Shown here: piece after piece, positions 10,321 to 18,515 of the stretch
How the letters are laid out: each line of letters starts with the position of its first letter
Position numbering within the stretch: position 1 is the first letter of the stretch
Assembly (NCBI GenBank): GCA_937863435.1
Contig: CALMES010000147.1
Span: 1,639 to 65,638, forward strand
DNA: 64,000 nucleotides
Direction: 5' to 3'
From: an uncultured Candidatus Peregrinibacteria bacterium
Lineage (GTDB): Bacteria; Patescibacteriota; Gracilibacteria; Peribacterales; Peribacteraceae
The notes under the pieces: model-generated
Databases searched by the model: none
The model's input: the letters and a program-made list of their open reading frames with translations, nothing else
Told to the model about the DNA's origin: nothing
Made by a program: the position numbers and the translations under genes

Positions 10321-10376
10321 TCCCAACTACCAATACTCCAATTCCCAAATTGGTAGTTGGTTATTGGTAGTTGGGA
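10321..10376. repeat. 15-bp perfect inverted repeat of CCAACTA-type words (hairpin after operon)
   Basis: TCCCAACTACCAATA at 10321-10335 pairs with TATTGGTAGTTGGGA at 10362-10376. An inner CCAATT/AATTGG hairpin is also present. Confidence 0.8.
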
Positions 10377-10401
10377 TTTGTTCAATTGAATGATCAAAAC
10401 A

Positions 10402-10410
10402 TGCTAAGAT
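10402..10410 (+). promoter_or_regulatory. extended -10 box TGCTAAGAT
   Basis: It matches the window-wide TGCTAnAnT motif. It lies 6 nt upstream of an in-frame ATC at 10417. Confidence 0.45.
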
Positions 10411-10443
10411 CACCCTATCTCCTCAACTATTTTCATCGCCGGC

Positions 10444-10989
10444 TTGTCGTGGAGCACGACCGAAGAAACGCTCAAGAAGTATTTTACGCCGATTGCGTCT
10501 GTCGTGTCGGTCCGGCTCACGAAAGATCCGAAGACCGGCAAATCCAAAGGATACGCTTTCATCGAATTCCAAACGCCGGAGATTGCCAAAAAAGTGATGC
10601 GCCAGTGCGATGGCAAAAATTGCGATGGCCGGACAATGCGCATCGATATCGCAAAAGAAGAACCGGCGGAGCCGTGCAAGCTGTATGTATCAGGCTTGCC
10701 GCAGGGCATTTCGGAAGAAGCGCTGATCCGTCATTTATCGCAGGCCGGACAACTGGTGAGCGCCAAGATCGCGCACGAGGCCGGCAGCACCCGCAACCGC
10801 GGCTTTGCGTTTGTGGAAACAGAGACCGACGCAGATGTAGAGGCGATTATTGAGGCGCTGGATGGATCGATTTTGAATGATTCGAGACTGAGTATTAAAC
10901 GTGCGCGACCGAAGACGGATAAGGCGCCGATTGAGGGGAAAAGAAGAGGCGAGCAAGACACTAAAAACGCTAATGCAATTGAAAACTAA
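10444..10989 (+). CDS. RNA-binding protein with two RRM domains
   Basis: RNP-1 motifs KGYAFIEF and RGFAFVET are present. The track start is a TTG inside the first RNP-2 motif. The in-frame upstream sequence encodes IFIAG, so the true start is probably ATC at 10417. Confidence 0.8.
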   Translation: MSWSTTEETLKKYFTPIASVVSVRLTKDPKTGKSKGYAFIEFQTPEIAKKVMRQCDGKNCDGRTMRIDIAKEEPAEPCKLYVSGLPQGISEEALIRHLSQAGQLVSAKIAHEAGSTRNRGFAFVETETDADVEAIIEALDGSILNDSRLSIKRARPKTDKAPIEGKRRGEQDTKNANAIEN

Positions 10990-11603
10990 ATTTGTATTAA
11001 CCAAGCTGGTTGAAAAATAAAAAGAATCGTAAGGCTAATGACACCAATGATAAATAAGTAAAATGCGACGTTTCGACACACCACAATCCAAACCAATTGC
11101 CAAAAATTGAGAAAAAGTTTTTGTTTATTAGTGGTTGCAATCAGTATCTCTGCACACTCATTAATTCTACCTTTTAACAAAAAAAGAAAAGCTTTTTCCG
11201 AGTTTCTACGAATAAAATCAGCACCTTCTACTTCGTACGACCATTCTAGAAGTGATGCAATAACACCTATCACAAGTGATGCCAATAAGATCAGTGTTAT
11301 AATTTTAAATATCCGAGAGTCGGCTAGCGGAGATCCAATTGAATCCAGCAAAGGCAATGCGACCGTAAGGAATGTCCCAGCTGTAGCAAAAATAGTCAGG
11401 TAAAGGTTTCTTCTTTGTGAAAGCGCAGCATTGCGCGTTGTAATAGCTTCTTGTCCGAGCGATTGAATATGATTCAATGCTTTTACATTATCAGATTGCA
11501 GCCACTTGATAATATCTGCCATATCATTATTTAGCCCTTCTTCTGCGTCCGCTTGTTGCTTATATAGATTTCCAAAGAGAAACAAAATGATTTTCAGCCA
11601 CAT
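10986..11603 (-). CDS. hypothetical multi-pass membrane protein (205 aa)
   Basis: An AT-rich ORF with several hydrophobic helices and no recognised family. Its stop overlaps the RRM gene stop by 4 nt. Confidence 0.5.
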   Translation of the reverse strand: MWLKIILFLFGNLYKQQADAEEGLNNDMADIIKWLQSDNVKALNHIQSLGQEAITTRNAALSQRRNLYLTIFATAGTFLTVALPLLDSIGSPLADSRIFKIITLILLASLVIGVIASLLEWSYEVEGADFIRRNSEKAFLFLLKGRINECAEILIATTNKQKLFLNFWQLVWIVVCRNVAFYLFIIGVISLTILFIFQPAWLIQI

Positions 11604-11697
11604 GATATAATCCTAATTCATCTATTAAAACTCAACAATGACAACTAGATGAGGCTGAACATTGAGATGAAAGATATCATAGATAAATCGGCAACCA

Positions 11698-11822
11698 CCG
11701 CGGCTAAAAAAGCCGCTCCCTATGATCAAAAAATAAACCCAGGGGAGCAGGATGCTTCCTGCGGCGATTGATGTATTTTATAGTACCCATCGGGGCACGA
11801 TGCCCCTCCTGCGGATATATTT
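11698..11822. repeat. cluster of three REP-like hairpin elements
   Basis: Three hairpins are present. GCGGCT-AAAAA-AGCCGC lies at 11700-11716 in inverted orientation. GGAGCAGGATGCTTCCTGCGG lies at 11744-11764. CATCGGGGCACGATGCCCCTCCTGCGGATATATTT lies at 11788-11822 and is identical to 43391-43425. Confidence 0.8.
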
Positions 11823-11883
11823 TTTTCTTGGTAATTGGTCGTTGGTTTTTGGGATTTTTTTTCTGCGCTTAAGGCCCTCTAAC

Positions 11884-11892
11884 TGCTACAAT
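11884..11892 (+). promoter_or_regulatory. extended -10 box TGCTACAAT for dnaE
   Basis: It lies 7 nt upstream of the dnaE ATG (11900). No SD is present. Confidence 0.5.
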
Positions 11893-11899
11893 CCCATCA

Positions 11900-14800
11900 A
11901 TGAATCCCCAAGACTTCGTCCACCTACATACGCACTCCACTTTCTCTCTTCTGGAGGCTTTGCCTACGCCCGACGAGATTGTGCTGCGTGCCAAGGAATT
12001 GGGGCACGACGCGGTGGCGTTGTCGGACAAGGGCTACACCTACGGACTCATCCAGTTCTACAAAGCCTGCAAGAGCCATAAGATCAAACCGATTCTGGGG
12101 CTGGAAACGTACATTGCCGCACGCACGCGCCACGACAAAGACAGCTCATCCGACACACGGCGCTACCCACTGGTGCTGCTGGCCGAAACAGACGAAGGCT
12201 ACGAAAATCTGCTCAAACTTGCGACCAAGGCGGCGCTCGAAGGCATGTACTACAAGCCGAGAGTGGACAAAGAACTACTGCAGATGCACGGCAAAGGACT
12301 GATTGCGCTCAGCGGTCCAATTTCTGGTGCCATTCCACAGGCGGCGCTGGCCGAAGACCGCGAAAGAGTAAAGGCGCTCGTGGATGAGTACCGTTCGTAC
12401 TTTGGTCACGACAATTTGTATTTCGAACTGATGGATTTCCCAAACGTGCCGGGACAAGCGGAAGTGAATCAGCAACTGATTGCACTTGGCAAAGAATTCG
12501 GCGTGCCGCTGGTTGCCACCAACAATAGCCATTATTGCCGCCTGGAAGACGCCGAAGCCCACGACGTGCTGCTGTGCATTCAGAAGAACGCCAATGTGAA
12601 CGACGCCAGCCGCTTCTCCATGCGCGACAGCGATTTCTCCATGCCCACAAGCGAAGAGATGATGGCCAAATTCGCCCACGTGCCCGAAGCGATTGCCAAC
12701 ACGCGCGTGATTGCCGACCGCTGCACCATCAACATTAAGTTCGGCTCGTATAAAATTCCGAAATTCCCGATTACAACCGGAGAGACAGAGGAGGAGCTGC
12801 TGCGCACCAAATGCGAAGAAGGCTTGCGCGTACGCTATCCGCATGCACAGTCGAGGACAGCTCCGCACAATGGAGAGCAGTTTAGCCCTAAGCAGATCTG
12901 GGACCGATTGGATTACGAGCTGGAGACCATCAACACTATGGGATTTTCGGGGTACTTTCTGATTGTCGCCGACTTCATCGGCGAAGCCAAACGACGCGGC
13001 ATTACCGTGGGTCCCGGCCGTGGATCGGCGGCCGGTTCGATTGTGAGTTACGTGCTGGACATCACCACCCTCGATCCGCTGGAACATGGGCTGCTGTTCG
13101 AGCGCTTTCTGAATCCCGAACGCATCTCCATGCCGGATATCGACGTTGACTTTGCCGATACGCGCAGAGACGAAGTGCTGGAATATGTGCGGGCGAAATA
13201 CGGCACCGATCGTGTGGTCCAGATCTGTACGTTCGGAACACTGGCTGCCCGCGCAGCTGTCAAAGATGTCGGCCGCGCATTTGGTGTGTCATTCAACGAA
13301 ATGAATGCGTTGGCCAAGCTGATTCCCGAGCGTCCGGGCACAACACTCGACGAAGCGCTGGCAACCGACGAGCTGCAGGCCGCCATCAAGCACGATGAAA
13401 ACTACAAGAAAATTATTGATATCGCACTCAAGCTGGAAGGCAAATCGCGCCACGTGTCGGTGCATGCCTGCCGCGTTGTCATCACACCCGAACCGGCGAC
13501 CACCTACACCGCCATTCAGCGTGCGCCGAAAGACGAGAATACGATTATTACGCAGTACGACGCCAAGCCGCTGGAATCTTTGGGGCTGCTCAAAATGGAC
13601 TTCCTGGGCCTTAAGAACCTGACGATCATCCAGACGGCACTCGAAATTATCGAGCGCATGCACGGTATCAAAATTCATATTCCGGCGACGGGGATGAACG
13701 ACAAGAAAACCTTTGAGCTGCTGGCGCGCGGCGAAACAACCGGCGTGTTCCAGCTGGAATCCGCCGGCATGCGCCGCTACTTAAAGCAGCTCAAGCCGTC
13801 GGCCTTCGATGACATTACGGCCATGGTGTCTTTGTACCGCCCGGGTCCGATGGACAAGATTCCGGATTACATCAAATGCAAAAACGGCGAGAAGGAAGTG
13901 AAGTATCTGCATCCGGATTTGGAACCGATTCTCAAGCCCACGTACGGCGTTGGTATTTACCAGGAACAGATTCTGGAAATGGCGCGCACATTCGCCGGAT
14001 TCTCTCTGGCCGAAGCCGACTTGCTGCGCAGAGCCATCGGTAAGAAAATCAAGAAAGAGCTGGACGCACAGCGCGAAATATTTATCCGGAAAGCCAAAGA
14101 AAAAGGCTACACCGAGAAACTGGCTGTGACATTATTCGACGATGTGATTACGCCGTTTGCCGGTTACGGTTTCAACAAATCGCACGGTGCCTGTTACGCG
14201 CGCGTTGCCTACGAAACGGCATTTTTGAAAGCGCATTACCCAACAGAATTCATGGCTGCCCTGCTGAGTAGCGAGCAGGGTGATACCGATCGTATTTCCA
14301 TCGAAATCGAGGAAACACGCGCAATGGGACTGGAAGTTCTGCCGCCGGATATCAATGAATCGCTGTCGGACTTTACGGCGCTCGAAGGCCGCAAAATCCG
14401 CTTTGGACTGACAGCCATCAAAGGAGTCGGCGAAAGCTCCGTTGCCCAGATTATCGCTATTCGCGATGAGGTGGGCGGCAAGGGGAAGTTTGCCAGCCTG
14501 GAAGATTTTGCGCTGCGTGTGCCGAGTAAAATTCTCAACAAGAAACTTTTGGAATCGCTCGCCAAATCCGGTGCGCTGGATTCGCTCGGTGAACGCGCCA
14601 TACTTGTCGGGCAGTATCAGCGGATTGCCGAATTCAGTAAATCCGCCGGCGACAGTGCGGCGTCTCAAGTGGATCTTTTTGAATCGCTCCATACCGCATC
14701 CGATGCGTCGAAAATCTCCTTCGATCCGGTAACACCCGCAACCGCTCAGCAGAAATTGCTGTGGGAAAAAGAGACGCTCGGCCTCTACGTTTCCAGCCAT

Positions 14801-15670
14801 CCGCTCGCCGGACTTCGCAAGTACATCAGGAAAAAGGCACGACTCATCAATACTGTCACATCCGAAGACAGTAACAAGCGCGTCACGCTTGCCGGTATTA
14901 TCGAAAGCGTGAAACCCATCCGCACCAAGAAAGGAGACATGATGGCGATTATCAGTATTGAGGATGGCACCGGAAAAATTGAAGTAACACTGTTTCCAAA
15001 AGTGTATACGCAGGCGATGGATATTCTGGAGCGACCGGACACCGTGCTGGTGATTGCCGGAACGATCGATATGCGCGGCGGTGTTCCACAACTGCGTGCC
15101 GAAGCGCTCAAGCGCGCATCACTCACGACGATGATCGAAAAGGCCAGGGAGCTGGGCTCCTACGACGAAGAGGAGGCGAAAAACTGGCGCCCGAACCTGC
15201 GCGAGAATGAAGAAAAGATCGAAACCGTGACAGACGAAGGCGATGTGATCGTCCAGACAGTCGAGAAATCTGCAACGACAAGCAAGTCTGCATCGCCTAT
15301 GGCAAGTGACGGCATACACGGCCCGCTGGGACTATGGATTCGTGGCGGCATGGATACGGAGTGGGCAAGTGCCAAGCTGGGGATTAGTGATGAGAAGAAA
15401 GGAGGAGAGGAGGAGAGGTTGGAAAAAGAGGATGCCGAAGACGCACTCAAGGCACATCATCAGCCTGCTATTTCCATTCACACCATCACGCTTCCACCCA
15501 AAGCCCCGCGCGATTTACTCATTGCGCTCAAGCAGATTTTCGAAACGTTCCCGGGCAGCGAAAAGGTGCAGCTGAATATCGGCGGAAAAATTGTGCCGGT
15601 ACCGATGACGATTACGGTGTCGCCGGTGCTGGATAAGAAGGTGGAAGAGGCGGTGGGGAAGTATTCTTAA
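11900..15670 (+). CDS. dnaE: DNA polymerase III alpha subunit
   Basis: The N-terminal PHP motif FVHLHTHSTFSLLEA is present. Polymerase core motifs are conserved along 1256 aa. Confidence 0.95.
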   Translation: MNPQDFVHLHTHSTFSLLEALPTPDEIVLRAKELGHDAVALSDKGYTYGLIQFYKACKSHKIKPILGLETYIAARTRHDKDSSSDTRRYPLVLLAETDEGYENLLKLATKAALEGMYYKPRVDKELLQMHGKGLIALSGPISGAIPQAALAEDRERVKALVDEYRSYFGHDNLYFELMDFPNVPGQAEVNQQLIALGKEFGVPLVATNNSHYCRLEDAEAHDVLLCIQKNANVNDASRFSMRDSDFSMPTSEEMMAKFAHVPEAIANTRVIADRCTINIKFGSYKIPKFPITTGETEEELLRTKCEEGLRVRYPHAQSRTAPHNGEQFSPKQIWDRLDYELETINTMGFSGYFLIVADFIGEAKRRGITVGPGRGSAAGSIVSYVLDITTLDPLEHGLLFERFLNPERISMPDIDVDFADTRRDEVLEYVRAKYGTDRVVQICTFGTLAARAAVKDVGRAFGVSFNEMNALAKLIPERPGTTLDEALATDELQAAIKHDENYKKIIDIALKLEGKSRHVSVHACRVVITPEPATTYTAIQRAPKDENTIITQYDAKPLESLGLLKMDFLGLKNLTIIQTALEIIERMHGIKIHIPATGMNDKKTFELLARGETTGVFQLESAGMRRYLKQLKPSAFDDITAMVSLYRPGPMDKIPDYIKCKNGEKEVKYLHPDLEPILKPTYGVGIYQEQILEMARTFAGFSLAEADLLRRAIGKKIKKELDAQREIFIRKAKEKGYTEKLAVTLFDDVITPFAGYGFNKSHGACYARVAYETAFLKAHYPTEFMAALLSSEQGDTDRISIEIEETRAMGLEVLPPDINESLSDFTALEGRKIRFGLTAIKGVGESSVAQIIAIRDEVGGKGKFASLEDFALRVPSKILNKKLLESLAKSGALDSLGERAILVGQYQRIAEFSKSAGDSAASQVDLFESLHTASDASKISFDPVTPATAQQKLLWEKETLGLYVSSHPLAGLRKYIRKKARLINTVTSEDSNKRVTLAGIIESVKPIRTKKGDMMAIISIEDGTGKIEVTLFPKVYTQAMDILERPDTVLVIAGTIDMRGGVPQLRAEALKRASLTTMIEKARELGSYDEEEAKNWRPNLRENEEKIETVTDEGDVIVQTVEKSATTSKSASPMASDGIHGPLGLWIRGGMDTEWASAKLGISDEKKGGEEERLEKEDAEDALKAHHQPAISIHTITLPPKAPRDLLIALKQIFETFPGSEKVQLNIGGKIVPVPMTITVSPVLDKKVEEAVGKYS

Positions 15671-15676
15671 CGGACG

Positions 15677-16215
15677 GACCTCATCCGGCCCTACGGGCCA
15701 CCTTCTCCTGCGAGGAGAAGGATTCTTATTGAGATATGGATTTTGGAGCTGATTTTTCTCTGGATTCAATCAGAGATTCTTCGATCTTTTTCAAAGAGAA
15801 TGGCAAATTCTCCAGTACTTCTTCGTTCGTTAATCGCAATACAGGAATTTCGTAGTCAGCGAAAATACCCTCGGTGCGCTCTGCATCCTGAGCTGCTTGT
15901 CCAATATGAATCGGACCATCCACTTCAATAATAAGCGGTGGGTTGTTGCACAGAAAATCAGCAATAAATCTGCCAACTGGCGCTTGACGCCTGAATTTAT
16001 AACCAAGAAATTTTCGATCTCGCAAAATATTCCATAAAACCTTCTCAGCATCTGTTAATCGTTTCCGCAAATCGCGCGCATGCTCTAAAACTTTCGGTAA
16101 TTGACGTACGACGGACATGCCATAGTAGTAGCTTGCTGTTTCAAAGAACGCAAATTCTATACCAATCAAACCAACACTCCCTTCTCCTCGCAGGAGAAGG
16201 GCCGGGGATGAGGTC
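15677..16215. mobile_element. DUF559 gene cassette bounded by about 36-45-bp terminal inverted repeats
   Basis: The left end at 15677-15721 is GACCTCATCC...CCTTCTCCTGCGAGGAGAAGG. The right end at 16180-16215 is CCTTCTCCTCGCAGGAGAAGGGCCGGGGATGAGGTC. Each end carries a 9-bp-stem palindrome. Confidence 0.6.
15726..16118 (-). CDS. DUF559 (Vsr-like) endonuclease domain protein
   Basis: The sequence LTDAEKVLWNILRDRKFLGYKFRRQAPVGRFIADF...IIEVDG is typical of DUF559. The start is taken at MSVVRQL. Confidence 0.75.
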   Translation of the reverse strand: MSVVRQLPKVLEHARDLRKRLTDAEKVLWNILRDRKFLGYKFRRQAPVGRFIADFLCNNPPLIIEVDGPIHIGQAAQDAERTEGIFADYEIPVLRLTNEEVLENLPFSLKKIEESLIESREKSAPKSISQ

Positions 16216-16272
16216 AAACTATTAGATAAACCTCCCTGCTGGCATCACAATGACGCTAGCAGGGAAGATCTT

Positions 16273-16590
16273 TCATCTTAAACGGTTGAGAGCAAGAAAT
16301 GCGTCCACGAGCGCTTGGCCCAATGTCGTCAACATGACCTCGTTCGAGTACGGAGTCTTAGGAGCAACGAGGCCGCATGCCTCAAGGCTTAAAATAGCAG
16401 CCTTCGCTTTCTGTGGATCTTTGTGCATTTTTTCCTGCACGAAGTGCAGCGTCTGCCCGCTTAGCATAAGGAGAAATTGGATGTATTCAGGCCGCTTACA
16501 TAACAGACCAAAACTGTTAATGAATGCGCCCTGTGCCTTATTCAATTCGGGAAGCATGACCACCTCCTCAAGCATGGGATGAAAGATCAA
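16273..16590 (-). CDS. hypothetical small protein, possibly winged-helix
   Basis: The minus-frame product looks protein-like, while the overlapping plus-frame ORF is Cys/Ser/Arg-rich. The start is uncertain (TTG 16590 or ATG 16575). Confidence 0.4.
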   Translation of the reverse strand: MIFHPMLEEVVMLPELNKAQGAFINSFGLLCKRPEYIQFLLMLSGQTLHFVQEKMHKDPQKAKAAILSLEACGLVAPKTPYSNEVMLTTLGQALVDAFLALNRLR

Positions 16591-16666
16591 TTCTCACTTC
16601 ACCGTGAAATGAGGTCGTTATTTATATACTTCTTGTTCTAAATGTCAACTATTGTACACTCTGTCC

Positions 16667-17290
16667 ATGCACATCCTCCCTGCCACAGCCGAAAATATCG
16701 CGAAAGCTGCCGATATCATTCTCGCGGGCGGCATTGTTGGCCATGCCACCGAAACCTGTTACGGATTGGCATGCGATATGACGAACCTGAAAGCCGTGAC
16801 AAAACTCTTTGACGTCAAACAAAGATCGCACGAAAAATCAGTATCGGCTCTGTTTTCGAGCATCGAAGAATCGGAAAAATTTGTGCTATGGACCGAGCAG
16901 GCGAGAGAGCTTGCGAAGAAATATTTACCCGGCCCGCTCACCATTATTCTGCGCGTACGACCGGACACCTCCTCACCACTTTTTCCGGCTGCTGAAAATC
17001 CGGCAATTGATGACCTGACATTGGGTGTACGCATATCCTCGCATCCGGTTGCCATGCAGCTTTCGGCGCTCTGCAAGCGGCCCATCAGCACGACGTCGGC
17101 GAACTTGGCGAGCCTTCCAAGCCCGTACAGTATTGCTGACATCGTTGCTCAATTTGAAGGCCAATCGTTGCAACCAGACATTCTCCTCGACTCGGGTGTA
17201 CTTCCGTTTTGCCCTCCGTCGACGATTGTTGATTGCTCAAAACAGGAGATGCAAATCGTTCGTCAGGGCGATATCGACGTACGAATCTAG
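16667..17290 (+). CDS. tsaC: L-threonylcarbamoyladenylate synthase (YrdC/TsaC family)
   Basis: The YrdC motif GGIVGHATETCYGLACD is present. A TACACT hexamer at 16655-16660 lies 6 nt before the ATG. Confidence 0.85.
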   Translation: MHILPATAENIAKAADIILAGGIVGHATETCYGLACDMTNLKAVTKLFDVKQRSHEKSVSALFSSIEESEKFVLWTEQARELAKKYLPGPLTIILRVRPDTSSPLFPAAENPAIDDLTLGVRISSHPVAMQLSALCKRPISTTSANLASLPSPYSIADIVAQFEGQSLQPDILLDSGVLPFCPPSTIVDCSKQEMQIVRQGDIDVRI

Positions 17291-17432
17291 AATTACGAAT
17301 TACGATAATTTTGTTATTTATAGTTAACAAAATAGATAGTTTGATTGTCTTATTTTATCTATTAATCAATACTATTGCCTGGTAATCAACCATGCCAACT
17401 TGTCGTAATTCGTGATTCGCAATTCGTAATTC
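17290..17432. repeat. inverted AATTACG-word repeats flanking a 97-nt AT-rich spacer
   Basis: GAATTACGAATTACGA at 17290-17305 pairs with TCGTAATTCGTGATTC at 17403-17418 with 1 mismatch. A further TTCGTAATTC lies at 17423-17432. Confidence 0.7.
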
Positions 17433-17467
17433 ATTACCGACGCGAGTGTCACTCGCACCAATTTTCC

Positions 17468-17476
17468 TGCTATCAT
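17468..17476 (+). promoter_or_regulatory. extended -10 box TGCTATCAT for nrdR
   Basis: It lies 6 nt upstream of the ATG at 17483. Confidence 0.5.
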
Positions 17477-17482
17477 CCCCTC

Positions 17483-17944
17483 ATGCACTGTCCCCGCTGC
17501 AAACACGACGACACGGCTGTTATCGATTCCCGCGATACCGAAGAAGGCCGCGCCATCCGCCGGCGCCGTGAGTGTGAAAAATGCAAGCATCGCTTCACTA
17601 CGTTCGAGCGCCAGGAAATGTCGTCGCTCATTGTGGTCAAACGCGACGGCACGCGCGAACCGTATAGCCGCACCAAACTCGAACGCGGCATTTGGGTCGC
17701 CTGCACCAAGCGTCCGGTGAGCCAGAAGGCGATTGATGACATGCTGAGCGAACTGGAAGAAAAGTGGGGCAAAAACCGCGAGGAAGTCGAAAGTTCCGCC
17801 ATCGGGAAAGATGTCATGACCGCACTCGCCGCCATCGACAAAGTCGCCTACATCCGCTTTGCATCGGTGCATCGCGAATTCAAGGATGTGGAGGAATTTA
17901 AGAAAGAATTGGGGAAGTTGTTTGGTGGCAAAGAAGAAAAATAA
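17483..17944 (+). CDS. nrdR: transcriptional repressor NrdR
   Basis: The N-terminus MHCPRCKHDDTAVIDSRDT...RRRRECEKCKHRFTTFE carries the zinc ribbon. An ATP-cone domain follows. Confidence 0.9.
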   Translation: MHCPRCKHDDTAVIDSRDTEEGRAIRRRRECEKCKHRFTTFERQEMSSLIVVKRDGTREPYSRTKLERGIWVACTKRPVSQKAIDDMLSELEEKWGKNREEVESSAIGKDVMTALAAIDKVAYIRFASVHREFKDVEEFKKELGKLFGGKEEK

Positions 17945-17945
17945 A

Positions 17946-18248
17946 TCATGATTCCGACGCCAGACTCAAAAGCACCAACAATTGCTCTCGCGTCGCAAGA
18001 GTGTGAGAGCAACGTTTATTGAGAAATGCTGACATCAGATCTGCCGCCTTATCATTCACATTTCGAAATCCTCCAATTTTATCTCCTGGGGTATTGGCGA
18101 GAATCTTGTCAATCTCAGCATCGTCAAGTGTTTCGGCACCGAAAGTGTATACATCGTAGCCATTTCCATGGCGAATAATTTCTACTCTTTTATTGCCCTG
18201 AAGATGGGGTGGAATGGGTGCAGTCTCGTAAGAATTGTTTTTGTGCAT
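17946..18248 (-). CDS. hypothetical protein (about 100 aa)
   Basis: An AT-rich ORF with no family. The start is chosen at MHKNNSYE and is uncertain. Confidence 0.35.
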   Translation of the reverse strand: MHKNNSYETAPIPPHLQGNKRVEIIRHGNGYDVYTFGAETLDDAEIDKILANTPGDKIGGFRNVNDKAADLMSAFLNKRCSHTLATREQLLVLLSLASES

Positions 18249-18362
18249 AGTGATACAGGATATCATATTTTTGATTACAAAAATCGGATTTGAAAGATGG
18301 GCTGTAAGGGGGGGGTGTTGATTAATGTGAAAATATCTGACCAAAGAATTATCCTTAAAAAA

Positions 18363-18440
18363 GGAGCAGGATGCTTCCTGCGGAGAGTTAAGAAATATTT
18401 CATGAGCCGCCGCGGCCGGGAACGGCCGCTCTGGAGATTG
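18363..18440. repeat. two REP-like hairpin elements
   Basis: GGAGCAGGATGCTTCCTGCGG at 18363-18383 is identical to 11744-11764. GCGGCCG-GGAA-CGGCCGC at 18412-18429 is followed by the tail TCTGGAGATTG. Confidence 0.8.
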
Positions 18441-18500
18441 TGGGTGATCATAATGAATTAGTCATGACCTTCTTCCTCTCTCGTGCTACCATTTCCGGCC

Positions 18501-18509
18501 TGCTACACT
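18501..18509 (+). promoter_or_regulatory. extended -10 box TGCTACACT for aspS
   Basis: It lies 6 nt upstream of the ATG at 18516. Confidence 0.5.
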
Positions 18510-18515
18510 ACATTT

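Noticed and set aside
10371-10853. A 160-aa ORF starting at an ATG in another frame over the RRM gene
   Set aside because: Its product is Arg-rich and motif-free, whereas the overlapping frame encodes two clear RRM domains.
14132-15091. A 319-aa ORF antisense to dnaE, and similarly 12275-13087
   Set aside because: These lie inside a strongly supported conserved gene on the other strand. Their composition is typical of an antisense frame.
16250-16582. A 110-aa plus-strand ORF overlapping the 16273-16590 minus-strand ORF
   Set aside because: Its product is Cys/Ser/Arg-rich and unlike a real protein. The minus frame gives a more plausible helical small protein. Neither ORF is strongly supported.
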